A model generated the notes under the pieces. It saw only the letters and a program-made list of their open reading frames with translations, had not been told where the DNA came from and did no database searches. Below are positions 1 to 18,579 of a stretch of DNA of 64,000 nucleotides, piece by piece. A program made the translations under genes and the position numbers. Numbering within the stretch: the first letter of the stretch is position 1; every line of letters starts with the position of its first letter. Source of the stretch: Eledone cirrhosa (lineage: Eukaryota); contig OZ024753.1 in NCBI GenBank assembly GCA_964016885.1, positions 37,510,001 through 37,574,000 on the forward strand. Reading direction: 5' to 3'.

Positions 1-60
1 TTGAAATCTAATAGTGCACATGTATTAAACAACAACATGGACACCACTAAACACCTATTA

Positions 61-437
61 GCCAATACTAACACAGTCATAACCAATACTAACACACCAC
101 AATCAATACTAACACACCACAATCAATACTAACACACCACAACCAATACTAATACACCATAACCAATACTAACACAGTCACAATCAATACTAACACACCA
201 CAACCAATACTAATACACCATAACCAATACTAACAACGTCACAATCAATACTAACACACCACAATCAATACTAACACACCACAACCAATACTAATACACC
301 ATAACCAATACTAACAACGTCACAATCAATACTAACACACCACAATCAATACTAACACAATAATAACCAATACTAGTACACCATAACCAATGCTAATACA
401 TCATAACCAATACTAACACACTATAATCAATACTAAC
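61..437. repeat. ~21-22 bp minisatellite (AA(C/T)CAATACTAACACACCAC)
   Basis: About 18 tandem units visible. Confidence 0.92.
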
Positions 438-611
438 AGATCAGCTTGTACTAACAGTTTAAAAACTACTACAACCATGCTTCAGCTGACACAGACGAAG
501 GTTTGTTTCTTTGTCTTGTTTGAGATTTAAAAGCGAACGAGAGTGTAAACCCCAACGGTCCCATAACTATGGCTATAGGTGGCGCCTTAGTGTCATGGTG
601 TCTGATGTAGA

Positions 612-646
<35 letters not shown>

Positions 647-668
647 ATAGTAGTAGTAGTAGTAGTAA

Positions 669-719
<51 letters not shown>

Positions 720-1013
720 AAGAAGAAGAAGAAGAAGAAGAAGAAGAAGAAGAAGAAGAAGAAGAACAACAACAACAACAACAAAAACAATAACTAATGA
801 ACACAAAATCTTTGAGGGTGTCTATGTTTTACACTATGTTTTCTTTGGATCATTAGAATTGATTAATTAGTAATTGGTGACATGTGACGGCAACACGGAA
901 CATGAGAACTGTGATGTCTTTAATAGAAATATATATATTTCAATAGTTCAAACACAGCTAAGGCTGACCGAAGTGCCGATAAAACAAGAACCAGTGATAT
1001 CTGGGGGGAGATG

Positions 1014-1044
<31 letters not shown>

Positions 1045-1255
1045 ACGAAGGAAATGTGGTAAGGAACCAGGTGGACCATAACGCACCAAAGTACTCAATA
1101 CTTAGGGTAGTAGAGTGGGTAATAGGAACGAGTAGGAACCCGACGGCTGAGCTCAAGCCGTTTCGACGGCTAATTCCGGACTTAGCCGTCGAAGACTCTG
1201 GAATTAGTCGTCGAAACGGGTTGAGCTCAGCCGTCGGGGTCCTACTCGTTCCTAT
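1045..1255 (-). mobile_element. Small fold-back PLE-type terminal element, family A
   Basis: TA-flanked. ~77-bp unique tail plus inverted arms 1122-1177/1200-1255. Contains the HHR 3' half GAAAC-GGCTTGAGCTCAGCC-GTC^GGGG. Confidence 0.8.
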
Positions 1256-1289
1256 ATATATATATATAGGAACCTATAATATATATATA

Positions 1290-1412
<123 letters not shown>

Positions 1413-1555
1413 ATTGCACTAGTTTTTAACTAGTTAGACCATTATTCAACAGAGTACTCGTTACTTGGGGTAGTAGGGTGTGACTATAAAGTCGAGGCCC
1501 GTGTCTGAAACTGGCTGTTGAAACGACAAGAGGTCAGCTGTCGGGCCCCGATTCG

Positions 1556-1667
<112 letters not shown>

Positions 1668-2169
1668 TATGTATGTATATAGGTAAATTCCAGAGAAAGG
1701 GATCGAGAGATAACCTTAGTTAAATAAGGTACTCAATACGTTTGTAAATATAAGCATCTATATTTTGAATAGACTTATATAGGGTTAGAACTCGGCTGTG
1801 TCACGACCTGGAGATAGATGGGCTTCGCCATGTTTAAAATTCCTTAGAATGTCGGTCGCTACGACGCTCCTACGATTCCATCAGGTGTTATGAGTCCATA
1901 TATACGATAGCAAAGTGAAACTTAAGCATGTATAATACATGTTTTTCCACAGAGGCAGATGCTGATAATTTGTCCTCCTGGTATGTTTTTTGTACTCTTA
2001 TCTGATATTTTAAAAACACTTAAATGATGGCTGCCCTAGATGGCTTGAGACGATGTAGACAGGTTTGCAAGAAATCTTTTTAAGAAAACTTTCGATAGAA
2101 AAACAAAATATTTAAAAAATATATAAAATATAACCAAAAATGTATACATATATTTATTATGTGTATATA

Positions 2170-2277
<108 letters not shown>

Positions 2278-2328
2278 CTTGAATGTTTGGTTGGTAGAGT
2301 CCATAACACCAATCAAACCCCTTTTATA

Positions 2329-2373
2329 GCTCTGACGAATCCTACGGTTACGTAAGGAAGAAACATTGTAAGC
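2329..2373 (+). ncRNA. Minimal type I hammerhead ribozyme in a ~148-bp TA-flanked element (2273-2420)
   Basis: GCT-CTGACGA-[TCCT ACG gtta CGT a AGGA]-GAAAC att GTA^AGC. 3-bp stem I, GUA site after 2370. Confidence 0.75.
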
Positions 2374-2414
2374 CAATAAAAATCTTTTGATGTTGTAGAC
2401 GCTCTTGTGTTCTT

Positions 2415-2489
<75 letters not shown>

Positions 2490-2919
2490 AGTCAATGGCC
2501 ATCCAAAATCACCGGGAGAGATGACCCCTTAGTCTTTGTCAAGGCAGAATTCTAGAAGGAAAACTCTGATATAACACCTGCAACCCTGATGGTATCCGAT
2601 GATGTTGACTTGTTCTTCTTTTTGGTAAATATCATCTTTGTTAAGAGAGTGGGACTGGCTTTGTGCAGTGCCTTTGCTCACTATAAAAGCTTCACGGCAC
2701 AGGCATTGCTTTATATCTGGAGATCTCTCTGCACTTGTCATCACATGGTACCATGGGCCCAGCACTATGTGTCAGTAATTGTCACAAGTGTAGTGTTTGT
2801 ACCAGAGTGTTCAAGTAGCTGGCTGGACTAAAAAGTCACACTCGTTCAGTGCATCGGTAGGGGTTCTCCTACACGGATATAAAGTAGTGGCCGTACTCGA
2901 AAACGAGTTGGCAGCCACC

Positions 2920-2976
<57 letters not shown>

Positions 2977-3500
2977 TATTGTTATACTTGGGGAGGGTCA
3001 TATTTGCGTAATATTGCCAGAATTAATAACAGAACACACTCATACATATATATATATACATGTATGTATATATATATGTACGTATGTACGTTTATACGTA
3101 TGTATGTATGTAGGTAGGTAAGTAGGTAGGTAGGTAAGTAGGTAGGTGAGTAGGTAGGTAGGTAGGTAGGTAGGTAGGTAGGTATGAAATAAACGAAACT
3201 GAACTATTATTTATTTCATCAAGGAAGCATAACGAACTTCTAACCACAACCACAGACGTGCTTTATCTCCTCGTGGGGAAGGTTACGTTATCACGAGAAG
3301 CATCTCCTTTCCTATGAGTGATTAATTTCGACAAATACGACCAGATGAATGTGAAACTGGAATTTTACTATTAGGACTCCGTGGAAGTGTATCAAAATCT
3401 TACATTAGAGCAGCTGAGGCTAGAGACAAGAGAAAAAGATAAATACAATTTCCCATCATCACCAGCATCACCCCATCATCTCTATTATTATTTGGCAGTA

Positions 3501-3915
3501 GGGCGTTGGATTGGCAGCATCGGTAGAGCGTCAGACACCATGCTTTGCAGCATCGAGTTATGGCCCTTTGCGTTCTGAGTTCAAATCCCGCCGAGGTTAA
3601 CTTTGCCTTTCATCCTTACGGGGTCGGGTCGATAAAATAAAGTACCAGTAATGTACTGGATAAATGCAGGCCTTGTGCCTAAAGTAGAAACAATTATTAT
3701 TTGGCAGTATCGGTAGAGCGTCTGAGAACATGCTTTGTAGCATAGAGTTGCATCCCTCTACGTTCTGAGTTCAAATTCCGCCGAGGTTAGCTTTGCCTTT
3801 CATCCTTACGGAATCAATAAAATAAAGTACCAGTAACACACTGGGGTCGATTTGATCGACTTTCCCCTCCTCCCAAAATTGCTGGCCTTGTTCCTATAGT
3901 AGAAAACATTATTAA
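3501..3915 (+). mobile_element. Two tandem tRNA-derived SINEs (family 1)
   Basis: A-box-like TGGCAGCATCGG, B box GAGTTCAAATCC, body CTTTGCCTTTCATCCTTACGGGGTCGATAAAATAAAGTACCAG, tail GGCCTTGTGCCTAAAGTAGAAACA(ATT)n. Confidence 0.85.
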
Positions 3916-3951
3916 TAGTAAGAGGATAGTAGAGTGGCATCTCATCATCAC

Positions 3952-3986
<35 letters not shown>

Positions 3987-4179
3987 CCACCATCATCATC
4001 ACCACCATGATCATCATCATCATCATCATCATGACCATCATCATCATCATCATCATCATCATCACATCATCATCATCATCGCCACCACCTTGAACATCAT
4101 CATCGTCACCACCATCACCACCATCACCACCATCATCATCATCATCATCGTCACCACCATCATCATCATCATCATCATT

Positions 4180-4215
<36 letters not shown>

Positions 4216-4324
4216 GTCGTCGTCGTCGTCGTTATCGATGTTATTATCGTTATTTTCTCGCAAAAATAAATATTGCAAATGTTACTGTAAAAGGGAAACT
4301 TGTGAAAGGAAGACATGGAAAGAA

Positions 4325-4359
<35 letters not shown>

Positions 4360-4390
4360 GAGTTGGTGGAAGAGAAAGAAAGAGAGAGAA

Positions 4391-4433
<43 letters not shown>

Positions 4434-4439
4434 CTAGAC

Positions 4440-4470
<31 letters not shown>

Positions 4471-4471
4471 C

Positions 4472-4514
<43 letters not shown>

Positions 4515-4591
4515 CAGAAAGAAAGAAAGATAGACAGAAAGAAAGAAAGAAAGAAAAAAAGAAAGAAAGATAGACAGAAAGAAAGAAAGCT

Positions 4592-4630
<39 letters not shown>

Positions 4631-4647
4631 AGGAAAGGAAGATAGAC

Positions 4648-4714
<67 letters not shown>

Positions 4715-5168
4715 AAAGGAAAAAGAAAGGGAGAAAGAAGTGGAAGAAGATATCTAAAGAAATGTTACCGATGCATAAAACCCATTACTCAATCTGAAAA
4801 GACATCAGAGGAAGGACTTCTTTTCCTGGTTTCATCTTATGAACCCTGTTCACCTTTTGTTTGTGAACTTGGTTGAACTCTGTACAATGTTATTTGAAAG
4901 CTCGTGGGTTAATGGTTTGTAAGGTTTGATTCCCGGCGGAGTGTCGTCTCCTTGAGCAAGATACTTTATTTCACATAGCTCTAATTCATTCAATTAGCAA
5001 AGAATGAATTGTATCTGTTGTTCGAATAATCAGATCTGTTTTACACACACTTTGTCTTATTGAATCTATGTGGAAATCGAACGTACGACCTTTTGATAAT
5101 GAATCGAAAACTACTAACCCACTCATATTAATACACACTTAATAAAGTGAATATGATTCTAAAACACT

Positions 5169-5253
<85 letters not shown>

Positions 5254-5807
5254 GGTGAGAATTTGAAAGATAGAGAAAGAGACAGACAGACAGATAGTGA
5301 GTGAGAATGTGAAAGAGAGACATTGAGAGAGAATAAAACAGGCAGGGGGAGTGAGTGAGAAAGAAAGAGACAGAGATAGAAAGAGAGGAAGGAGAAGAAG
5401 AATGAGAAATAGTTTAAAGACAGCAACCAACAAAATATGTTTTACAGATCTCCAAATTTCTCAAATATTTTCGGTATGTAAAATATGGTTGGTGAAAGAT
5501 AAAAATCTGAACAGTTAATATCCTTCTGGTTTACGTCACATATATAATTGTTAGAGCAGCCTGGAGACACTCTAAGAGGCACTGTCGCCTTCGGTGTCGT
5601 TTATTGTTATCAGTAGGCCCTGACTAAGGAGGTTAAATGGGCGTATTTGTCATATTCCAGTAAAGAATGGAAAGTCCAAGCACACATTTCCTTTCCAAAT
5701 GACGTTCTTTCTCGGTAGTGAAAGATTTCATCGGAACGGAAATACTTATAGTTAATGCAAACATTTCTGTTGATATATTTTCTTTATTCATTATATTAAC
5801 TCGTTGA

Positions 5808-6375
5808 AGGCGGTGGATTGGCAGTATCGGTAGAGGGTCGGACACAATGCTTTGCGGCATAGAGTTACGTCCTTTACGGTCTGAGGTTACGGGGTCGATA
5901 AAATAACGTAATGGGGTCGATTTAATCGACTTTGCCCACCCCCAAAATTACTGGCCTTGTGACTATACTAGAAATCATTATGGTGGATTGGCAGTATCGG
6001 TAGAGGGTCGGACACCATGCTTTCCAGCATAGTTACGTCCCTTTACGATCTGAGTTCAAATCCTGCCGAGGTTGACTTTTTTGCCTTTCATCCTTACGGG
6101 GTCGATAAAATAAAGTACCAGTAATGCACTGGGTTATTGCTGGCATTGTGCCTAAAGTAGAAACAATTATATTAACTCGTTAAAGACGGTGGATTGGCAG
6201 TATCGGTAGAGCGCCGGACAACATGCTTGTTCTGAGTTCAAATCATGCCGAGATTAGCTTTGCCTTTCATCCTTACGGAGTCGATAAAATAAAGTACCAG
6301 TAACACACTGGGGTCGATTTAATCGACTTTCCCCGCCCAAATTGCTGGCCTTGTGCCTAAATCAGAAAAAATTAT
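5808..6375 (+). mobile_element. Three tandem family 1 SINEs
   Basis: Heads GG(C/T)GGATTGGCAGTATCGGTAGAG at ~5808, ~5982 and ~6186, each with different internal deletions. Confidence 0.85.
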
Positions 6376-7692
6376 ATTAACTCGTTAACTCTTTCGCTGG
6401 TTTAAAAGTTTGAGCTCAGAACATAATGGATTTGAACATAAGTAACTAGACTCCGCAAAGTCATTTAGTCAAGAATCTCACGATTCTCCCAACCCAGCGC
6501 CCTAGATAAGAGAAGAGCTGCGCCTTCTCGTCATTCTATCACGTTGATGGTAAGAGTATAATAGTAAAGTGGGAGTCACGTTGCTCACATCCTTCTTATC
6601 ATTTCATCACAGATATTTAGGGAGGTGATAACAGTGTCACGTAACAGAAAACTGCAGCTTTGTGTGAAATATCTGACAATTGTATTACTACAACCCCAAA
6701 TGCCTTCGTTTTTTAAAGAACGTGTCCGAGTAGATAGAGTGTTGGATTCAACATTGATAAGTTCATAGACTCGATTCCTGGACTGGGCGATGCATTATGT
6801 TCTTGTGATAGACGTTTCATTTCCTGTTGCTTTTCATGATAAAACTGATACCCTTGTCGTTAGAATACCTACAAAACCTCCTACGAGATTTAACCGAGTA
6901 AAACGCGAGCTAAACCTGCATATATGGGGGCTGTAACCACATCAAGATAAAACTGGAGCTTTAGAATAAGAACACTCGAAAAACCTCCTTGAGACATACA
7001 TACGTAGGTGGTCAGTTAAACTTGAGTATATGTGAACAACTTATTTCATTTATTTTCAAATGCGTTTCTTTAAGACAAGTTACATCTTATAGGTGGGAGA
7101 AAAAAAAGATTTTTTTTTTTTTTTTCGTTCGGAAATATGAAGAAAGGAAACATTCTATATGAAATGGGTTAACCAGTTCAACTGACCAACATTAATATTG
7201 CAGTACTTGGCAAACAATTGGAATTGGTCAGATTTGTTTTATGCATGAAGATGTATTTTTAACAAATTTCATTTTACATATCGCAAAAGTGCAAAAGTAT
7301 TTTTTCTACCAACAAAAATTGTTTATGTTTGTATATATATATATAATATATATAATCATACATATATTATATATATATAATATATATAATCATACATATA
7401 TATATGAGTTTCAGAAGATCCCGTTAAGGGTGAAGCAGCGATTCTTTGCTTAAACTTTAATCTGTTATTTTAATAAATGTTTGCTCTATGTTGATATATA
7501 TTTATCCTTATCGAGCCCTCTTTGGATTTTAGTCTTCACACTTATTATTATTACCTACGGCCCTTGCCATTCTGAGTTCGAATCCCACCGAGGTTAACTT
7601 TGCCTTTCATCCTTACGGGGTCGATAAAATAAAGTACCAGTAATGCACTGATTAATTGCTGGCATTGTGCCAAAATAGAAACAACTATTACT

Positions 7693-7743
<51 letters not shown>

Positions 7744-7784
7744 CGTAACATAAGTCAATTGCATGAACTCATAATCCTTTATTT

Positions 7785-7840
7785 ACTGCTATATATATTT
7801 CGATGATAGCCATTGAATGGCTATGACCTTATCAGGCAGT
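7785..7840 (-). ncRNA. Hammerhead copy with core mutation (CTGATAA), probably inactive
   Basis: Same family as 43110-43167, but G8 is A while C3 is retained. Confidence 0.7.
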
Positions 7841-7901
7841 TAGTCAGTTCTTAGATATGCCAGCTCTGTGTGTATAGTGTTGATGGTATCAGAGCCTTGG
7901 G

Positions 7902-8011
<110 letters not shown>

Positions 8012-8870
8012 GTATGTATATACATACATACACATGCCATTACAGGATGACAGCGGCAAAATTAGCGGGAGGCATAGATTGTTTCGTGGAACCAACCCTA
8101 TTCATTTACTTTCTAATCAGTACGTAAGGTTCTCTGTTCCTCATGTTCCCCAGTTCACCTAGTCACCGGAAATAGTTTCCAAATCTCGGAATGCTACGGT
8201 GTACACTGACAAGCTACTCAACAACGAAATTTATCTTTCATCCGTTTTCCGCCATTAAATTAAATCAAATCACCAGAGACTTACTAAACATTTGCAATTA
8301 TGTGTGTTTCCTGTTAGAAAACCCTGTAAGTTGTTCACAATTTATGACGTAGCCATGCACGAGTGGTTAACAGGTTAAGAAATTTGCCTCGCAATCATGA
8401 GATACTCAATTCGGTCTCTAAATCAGTACGTACACCGTGGAAAATATATTTTGGCAAAATGTTACTTATGTCAGAAATTGCCTTATGTACTTCGCATCTT
8501 GAGCAAGAGTTATCTAACATGGTTTCGTGTAGACCCAAGCCTTGTGAGTAAAAGTGGGTAAACATAGGTAAGCTGTGGAAGTCCATCAGATGGACTATAC
8601 CAGCTATTTAACGGCCCAACCTTGACACAAAGCTGTTCAGGATTTACAAAGAAGGTTTCACTTAGTGGTTAAAAAGTTTGCTTCGCAATAATGATTTCAC
8701 ATATTCGAATATATATATATAGAGAGAGAGGTAGAACACTGGAAGGTAATATCCGTAGTGGTAGAGCACTCAGTCCATGGCACGAGTTAGGTAGAAGTAG
8801 TAACACAACACTTAGTTCACCATACCGAGAACAATTGTTCTCGGTATGGTGAACTAACTGTTGTGTTACC

Positions 8871-8954
<84 letters not shown>

Positions 8955-8973
8955 TACATACACACATATACAT

Positions 8974-9048
<75 letters not shown>

Positions 9049-9562
9049 TAATGCAGATTCCTTTATTATTTTATTTCTTCTGACATGACATCTGGTTTTT
9101 AGCATTTCCGATATCTGTCGTGTGATTTTCTTCTGCTCATTATTTTTATTTATATATATATTTTTTTGTTATTATTTTATCTTTCTTTTCATTTAAACTC
9201 TACTCTTCTTTCCTTTTCTTTCCTTTTCTTTCCTTTTCTTTCCTTTTCTTTCCTTTTTTTCCTTTTCTTTCCTTTTCTTTTTATTTTATTTAATATATCC
9301 TTGATGGCCAAACTAAGAAAGAAAGAAAACAAGAAATATGGTAAAACCACCCAGATAGCCTAAATCTAAATCTTCAGCTGTTAGAGGTTGAGAATCGAGG
9401 AAAAATAAACAGCACAAAGAACAGAACACTGGCTATTTCTTGTGGGTAGCCAACACACTGCAGTTTCATATCATAATTATTTCCTTACATAAACATAGTT
9501 GGTGTGAAAGAGTTGACACCTCTCGCTTGCAAATGACTTTTTCTTTTTACATTTCAATGTAA

Positions 9563-9613
<51 letters not shown>

Positions 9614-9708
9614 TATATATACACACATATATATATGTATATATATATACATACATACAGAATATATATATATGTGTGTGCGGATATATATATATATATA
9701 CATATATG

Positions 9709-9783
<75 letters not shown>

Positions 9784-10060
9784 ATATATATGTATGTGTA
9801 TATATATATATATATGACCCACCACCCCCCACTCTCAAGCGCGAAACTAATATTAACAATTTGTACTGCCTCTTCGCTTCCATGTTTTTTTGTTTTTTGT
9901 TTACTGTCTCAACTATAAAATATATATATATGTATATAGTTATACTTTGGGAGGGTCATGTTGCCAATAAGAAACACAGTATAACAATATCGGTTTCAAC
10001 ACACGATTTCAGATAAAGAATCTTGCTAAACAAATTCAGAAACGAAATATATATATATAG

Positions 10061-10098
<38 letters not shown>

Positions 10099-10116
10099 AT
10101 ATATATATTTATATAT

Positions 10117-10232
<116 letters not shown>

Positions 10233-10240
10233 GTATATAT

Positions 10241-10418
10241 AGATGAGATTCTACAGGACTAGAACTGTTTCATTCATTAGAAATCATCAGGATGATGATT
10301 TCTAATGAATGAAACAGTTCTAGTCCTGTAGAATCTCATCTATATTAAAACTGTTATACTCTGCTATGTATTGAGTACCTTACTTACTGTGGTTACCTCC
10401 GATTCAACCCGGAATAAC

Positions 10419-10420
<2 letters not shown>
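10241..10420 (+). mobile_element. Fold-back element with partial hammerhead at the axis
   Basis: Perfect 49-bp arms 10241-10289/10293-10341 plus ~78-bp tail. Minus strand 10267-10290 reads CTGATGA-TTTCTAATGAAT-GAAAC. Confidence 0.8.
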
Positions 10421-10476
<56 letters not shown>

Positions 10477-10552
10477 GTATATATATATATGTATATATAT
10501 GTATATATATATGTTTGTGTATATATATTATATATATATATATGTTTGTGTA

Positions 10553-10590
<38 letters not shown>

Positions 10591-10592
<2 letters not shown>

Positions 10593-10685
10593 TTCTGCTG
10601 TAATGTATGCCATTGATAGAGGTTACAACGTCTTTCTTCAAGATCATTTGATCTGTTGCACTATATAGATTTACCGATGTATGTA

Positions 10686-10759
<74 letters not shown>

Positions 10760-11030
10760 TCATCACCATCATCTTTATCATCATCATCATCATCATCATC
10801 ACCACCACTACCATCAATATCATCATCACCATCATCAATATCGTAAAAGTAGGGCTAGTTTCAGGCGGCGGTTTTGGTACGGAAAGCGTAATAAACCACA
10901 CAGCCAGTGATAGCTGAAGCCTAAACCACATATATTCATACATCTGTAAGTCTACATAGTGCAACAGATGAAATGATCTTGAAGAAAGACGTTGTAACCT
11001 CTATCAGTAGCATACATTACAACAGAAGTC
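10591..11030. repeat. ~90-bp diverged inverted repeat pair (10591-10683 / 10938-11030)
   Basis: ACTTCTG.TGTAATGTATGC...GATGTATG and its reverse complement, around (TA)n and (CAT)n tracts. Confidence 0.8.
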
Positions 11031-11289
11031 AAGATGACATGATAGCCTTACTCCAATGACAAGCAGTCAGAGAATATATAGAATATCATTTCTACTGAAA
11101 GTTTAATATATACAATAGCAAGCTGCCAACCGAATTTACTAAATGTTCTGATTGACTGTCTGCTAGACTATTAATGGATATCTAACCACGTATATCCCCA
11201 CCTCCAGCTTTCTCTATATATTTATACACGCTGTCCCAAATGTATGCACACTTTTACAGCAAAATAATCAAAGTGTGTATACATTTTTG

Positions 11290-15390
<4,101 letters not shown>

Positions 15391-16060
15391 GGAGAGAGAG
15401 AGATGCATATCCAAAATGTGTTTTGCTTTTTACGTTTGTGCAACCGTTGCGCTCTCTTGTTTGACGAAATAACCTTGAATCTGTCACGTACGCCAATTAC
15501 TCTGTGTATATGTGAAGAAAGACACTTTACAAAGTAGAATGCTTTCTTTGATATCGCAACATTGGTACAAATTGTTCCATTATCTTTTTGTAGTCTTTGT
15601 AGTCATTGAGCCGCTAGTTCCATTTAGATAATTGTTTCTATTTTGGGGCACAAAGCCAGCAATTACCGCAGTGTATTACTGGTGCTTTATTTTATCGACC
15701 TCATAAGAATGAAAAGCAAAGCTAACCTCAGCGGGATTTGAACTCAGAACGTTAAGGGCCGTAACTCTATGCTTGTAAAGCATGGTATAACTCTATGCTG
15801 TAAAGCACCAGTAACGCTCTGAGGTCGATTTAGTCGACTTTCACCTTCCCTTCAAATAGTCTTTAGTTAGAAGAATACTGAAGATAGTAAAATATCTATT
15901 TGAGATGTTTTACGCTTTTCTGAGTAGAAATCTCACCAAAGGAATTTCATACCAAGAACACAGTATGTATGTACTCTAAAATATCGGTAGATTTACGAGA
16001 GTGTGGATAGAGAGAGGGGTGAGGCTGAATGTATATGTACATGTGAAAAAAATACAGCTG

Positions 16061-16110
<50 letters not shown>

Positions 16111-16132
16111 ACATATGTATATGTATATATAA

Positions 16133-16206
<74 letters not shown>

Positions 16207-16353
16207 TTACATACATATATGTATATATAAATATATATATGTATGTATGTATGTATTTATATATACATATATATATATATATAAATGGAAAAAATGAAAT
16301 TTCATTTGTCACTCTTAATACGGCTGATAATTAAATATAAGTATGTATACATA

Positions 16354-16405
<52 letters not shown>

Positions 16406-16409
<4 letters not shown>

Positions 16410-16929
16410 AAAAAATAGAGGTGTAACACACAAGTTATTATATATTGGTAAACGGAATAGAAAATGCTGACAAATTGTTCACAGTTGAAAAATGGTTTAA
16501 TTAGGAATAAAAGAGTATTAGTGATTGTATGGGTTAGTATTCAGTTGTGGTTTTAAGTTTTTAAGTTTTTACCGGTTGCGCATTTCTAAATGCTTTTCAA
16601 AAATAATTTTGAGATAGAGTGTCCGTGCTGTTTGCTCTGATCTGATTAGTTTTGGGAATTCTACCTGTTTTTATGTTAAAAAAGTGGCTCCAGCGTTATT
16701 TTTGTGTTGCAAAAATGCTTGTGGTCAAAACAATTTTGATTGGTCGGTAGAGGTCATGTGAATGTAAAAAGTTGATTTTGCGCCAAGACTGTTTTTATGT
16801 TAAAAAAGTGGCTCCAGCAAAAATTATTGGTCAAAACAATTTTGATTGGTCGGTAGAGGTCATGTGGATAAAAAATTGGTTTTGCGCCAAGATTGAGAAA
16901 TGACTCTTTCACAACAAATGTGTGTGAGT

Positions 16930-17013
<84 letters not shown>

Positions 17014-17091
17014 TAGTAGTAGTAGTAGTAATAAGATGTTCGATGCTGCGACAATGGCCAGCAGCGATGTGTGTCAAATGGCTATTAAGAT

Positions 17092-17130
<39 letters not shown>

Positions 17131-17853
17131 AGTCTCTTTGTATGTTGATGTACGCGTGTGTATGTGTTTGTGTATATATATGTGTGTGTGTGTGTGTGTG
17201 TGGGTGGACCAGTATTTTTTTCCCCCTGGTAAAATGGTGTACATTATTCGATTTTTTCAGTAAAATCGGTTCTCTTAATAGAACATCAAAAATCTTAACA
17301 ATAAAAGGTGTGAAATGATATTCACTATATATATATATATACACACATACACATATTCACTACATATATATATATATATATATACATATATACATACATA
17401 TATATGCACATATATTTTTTTGTATTGCACCACATATAAACACAATGACACACGTAAACACACATGCTCTATGGTGCAATACAAAAAAATATATGTGCAT
17501 ATATATGTATGTATATATGTATATATATATATATATATATGTAGTGAATATGTGTATGTGTGTATATATATATATAGTGAATATCATTTCACACCTTTTA
17601 TTGTTAAGATTTTTGATGTTCTATTAAGAGAACCGATTTTACTGAAAAAATCGAATAATGTACACCATTTTACCAGGGGGAAAAAAATACTGGTCCACCC
17701 ACACACACACACACACACACATATATACACAAACACATACACACGCGTACATCAACATACAAAGAGACTTATACACACACACACACACACACACGCACTT
17801 CTCCGTATAAGACAAAAGCTGAAAAATATCTTTTGACCTTCGAATGACTCTGC

Positions 17854-17944
<91 letters not shown>

Positions 17945-18013
17945 ATCTTAATAGCCATTTGACACACATCGCTGCTGGCCATTGTCGCAGCATCGAACAC
18001 CTTATTACTACTA

Positions 18014-18102
<89 letters not shown>

Positions 18103-18579
18103 TATTTGTTGTGAAAGAGTCATTTCTCAATCTTGGCGCAAAACCAATTTTTTATCCACATGACCTCTACCGACCAATCAAAATTGTTTTGACCAATAAT
18201 TTTTGCTGGAGCCACTTTTTTAACATAAAAACAGTCTTGGCGCAAAATCAACTTTTTACATTCACATGACCTCTACCGACCAATCAAAATTGTTTTGACC
18301 ACAAGCATTTTTGCAACACAAAAATAACGCTGGAGCCACTTTTTTAACATAAAAACAGGTAGAATTCCCAAAACTAATCAGATCAGAGCAAACAGCACGG
18401 ACACTCTATCTCAAAATTATTTTTGAAAAGCATTTAGAAATGCGCAACCGGTAAAAACTTAAAAACTTAAAACCACAACTGAATACTAACCCATACAATC
18501 ACTAATACTCTTTTATTCCTAATTAAACCATTTTTCAACTGTGAACAATTTGTCAGCATTTTCTATTCCGTTTACCAAT
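16406..18579. mobile_element. ~2.2-kb palindromic PLE-type insertion (non-coding 3' region with microsatellites)
   Basis: ~1-kb near-identical arms around spacer 17433-17471. Only the left arm has the ~35-bp terminal tail. The right arm has an extra segment at ~17795-17855. Confidence 0.88.
18420..18456 (+). ncRNA. Hammerhead-like motif, U3-A8 core with GCAA in place of GAAA (also - strand at 16567-16603 and 46894-46930)
   Basis: TTT-TTGAAAA-GCATTT ag AAATGC-GCAA-CCGGTA^AAA. Identical in three places. Confidence 0.6.

Noticed and set aside
61-437. CRISPR-like periodicity
   Set aside because: No unique spacers. It is a plain minisatellite in eukaryotic DNA.
3501-3600. tRNA genes
   Set aside because: The A/B boxes belong to SINE heads. 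No full cloverleaf.
7406-7450. CAGAAGA-hairpin-GAA(A/G) in the 7406/33246/37050 family
   Set aside because: U4 is altered and I could not form stem I. Left as an unclassified repeat.
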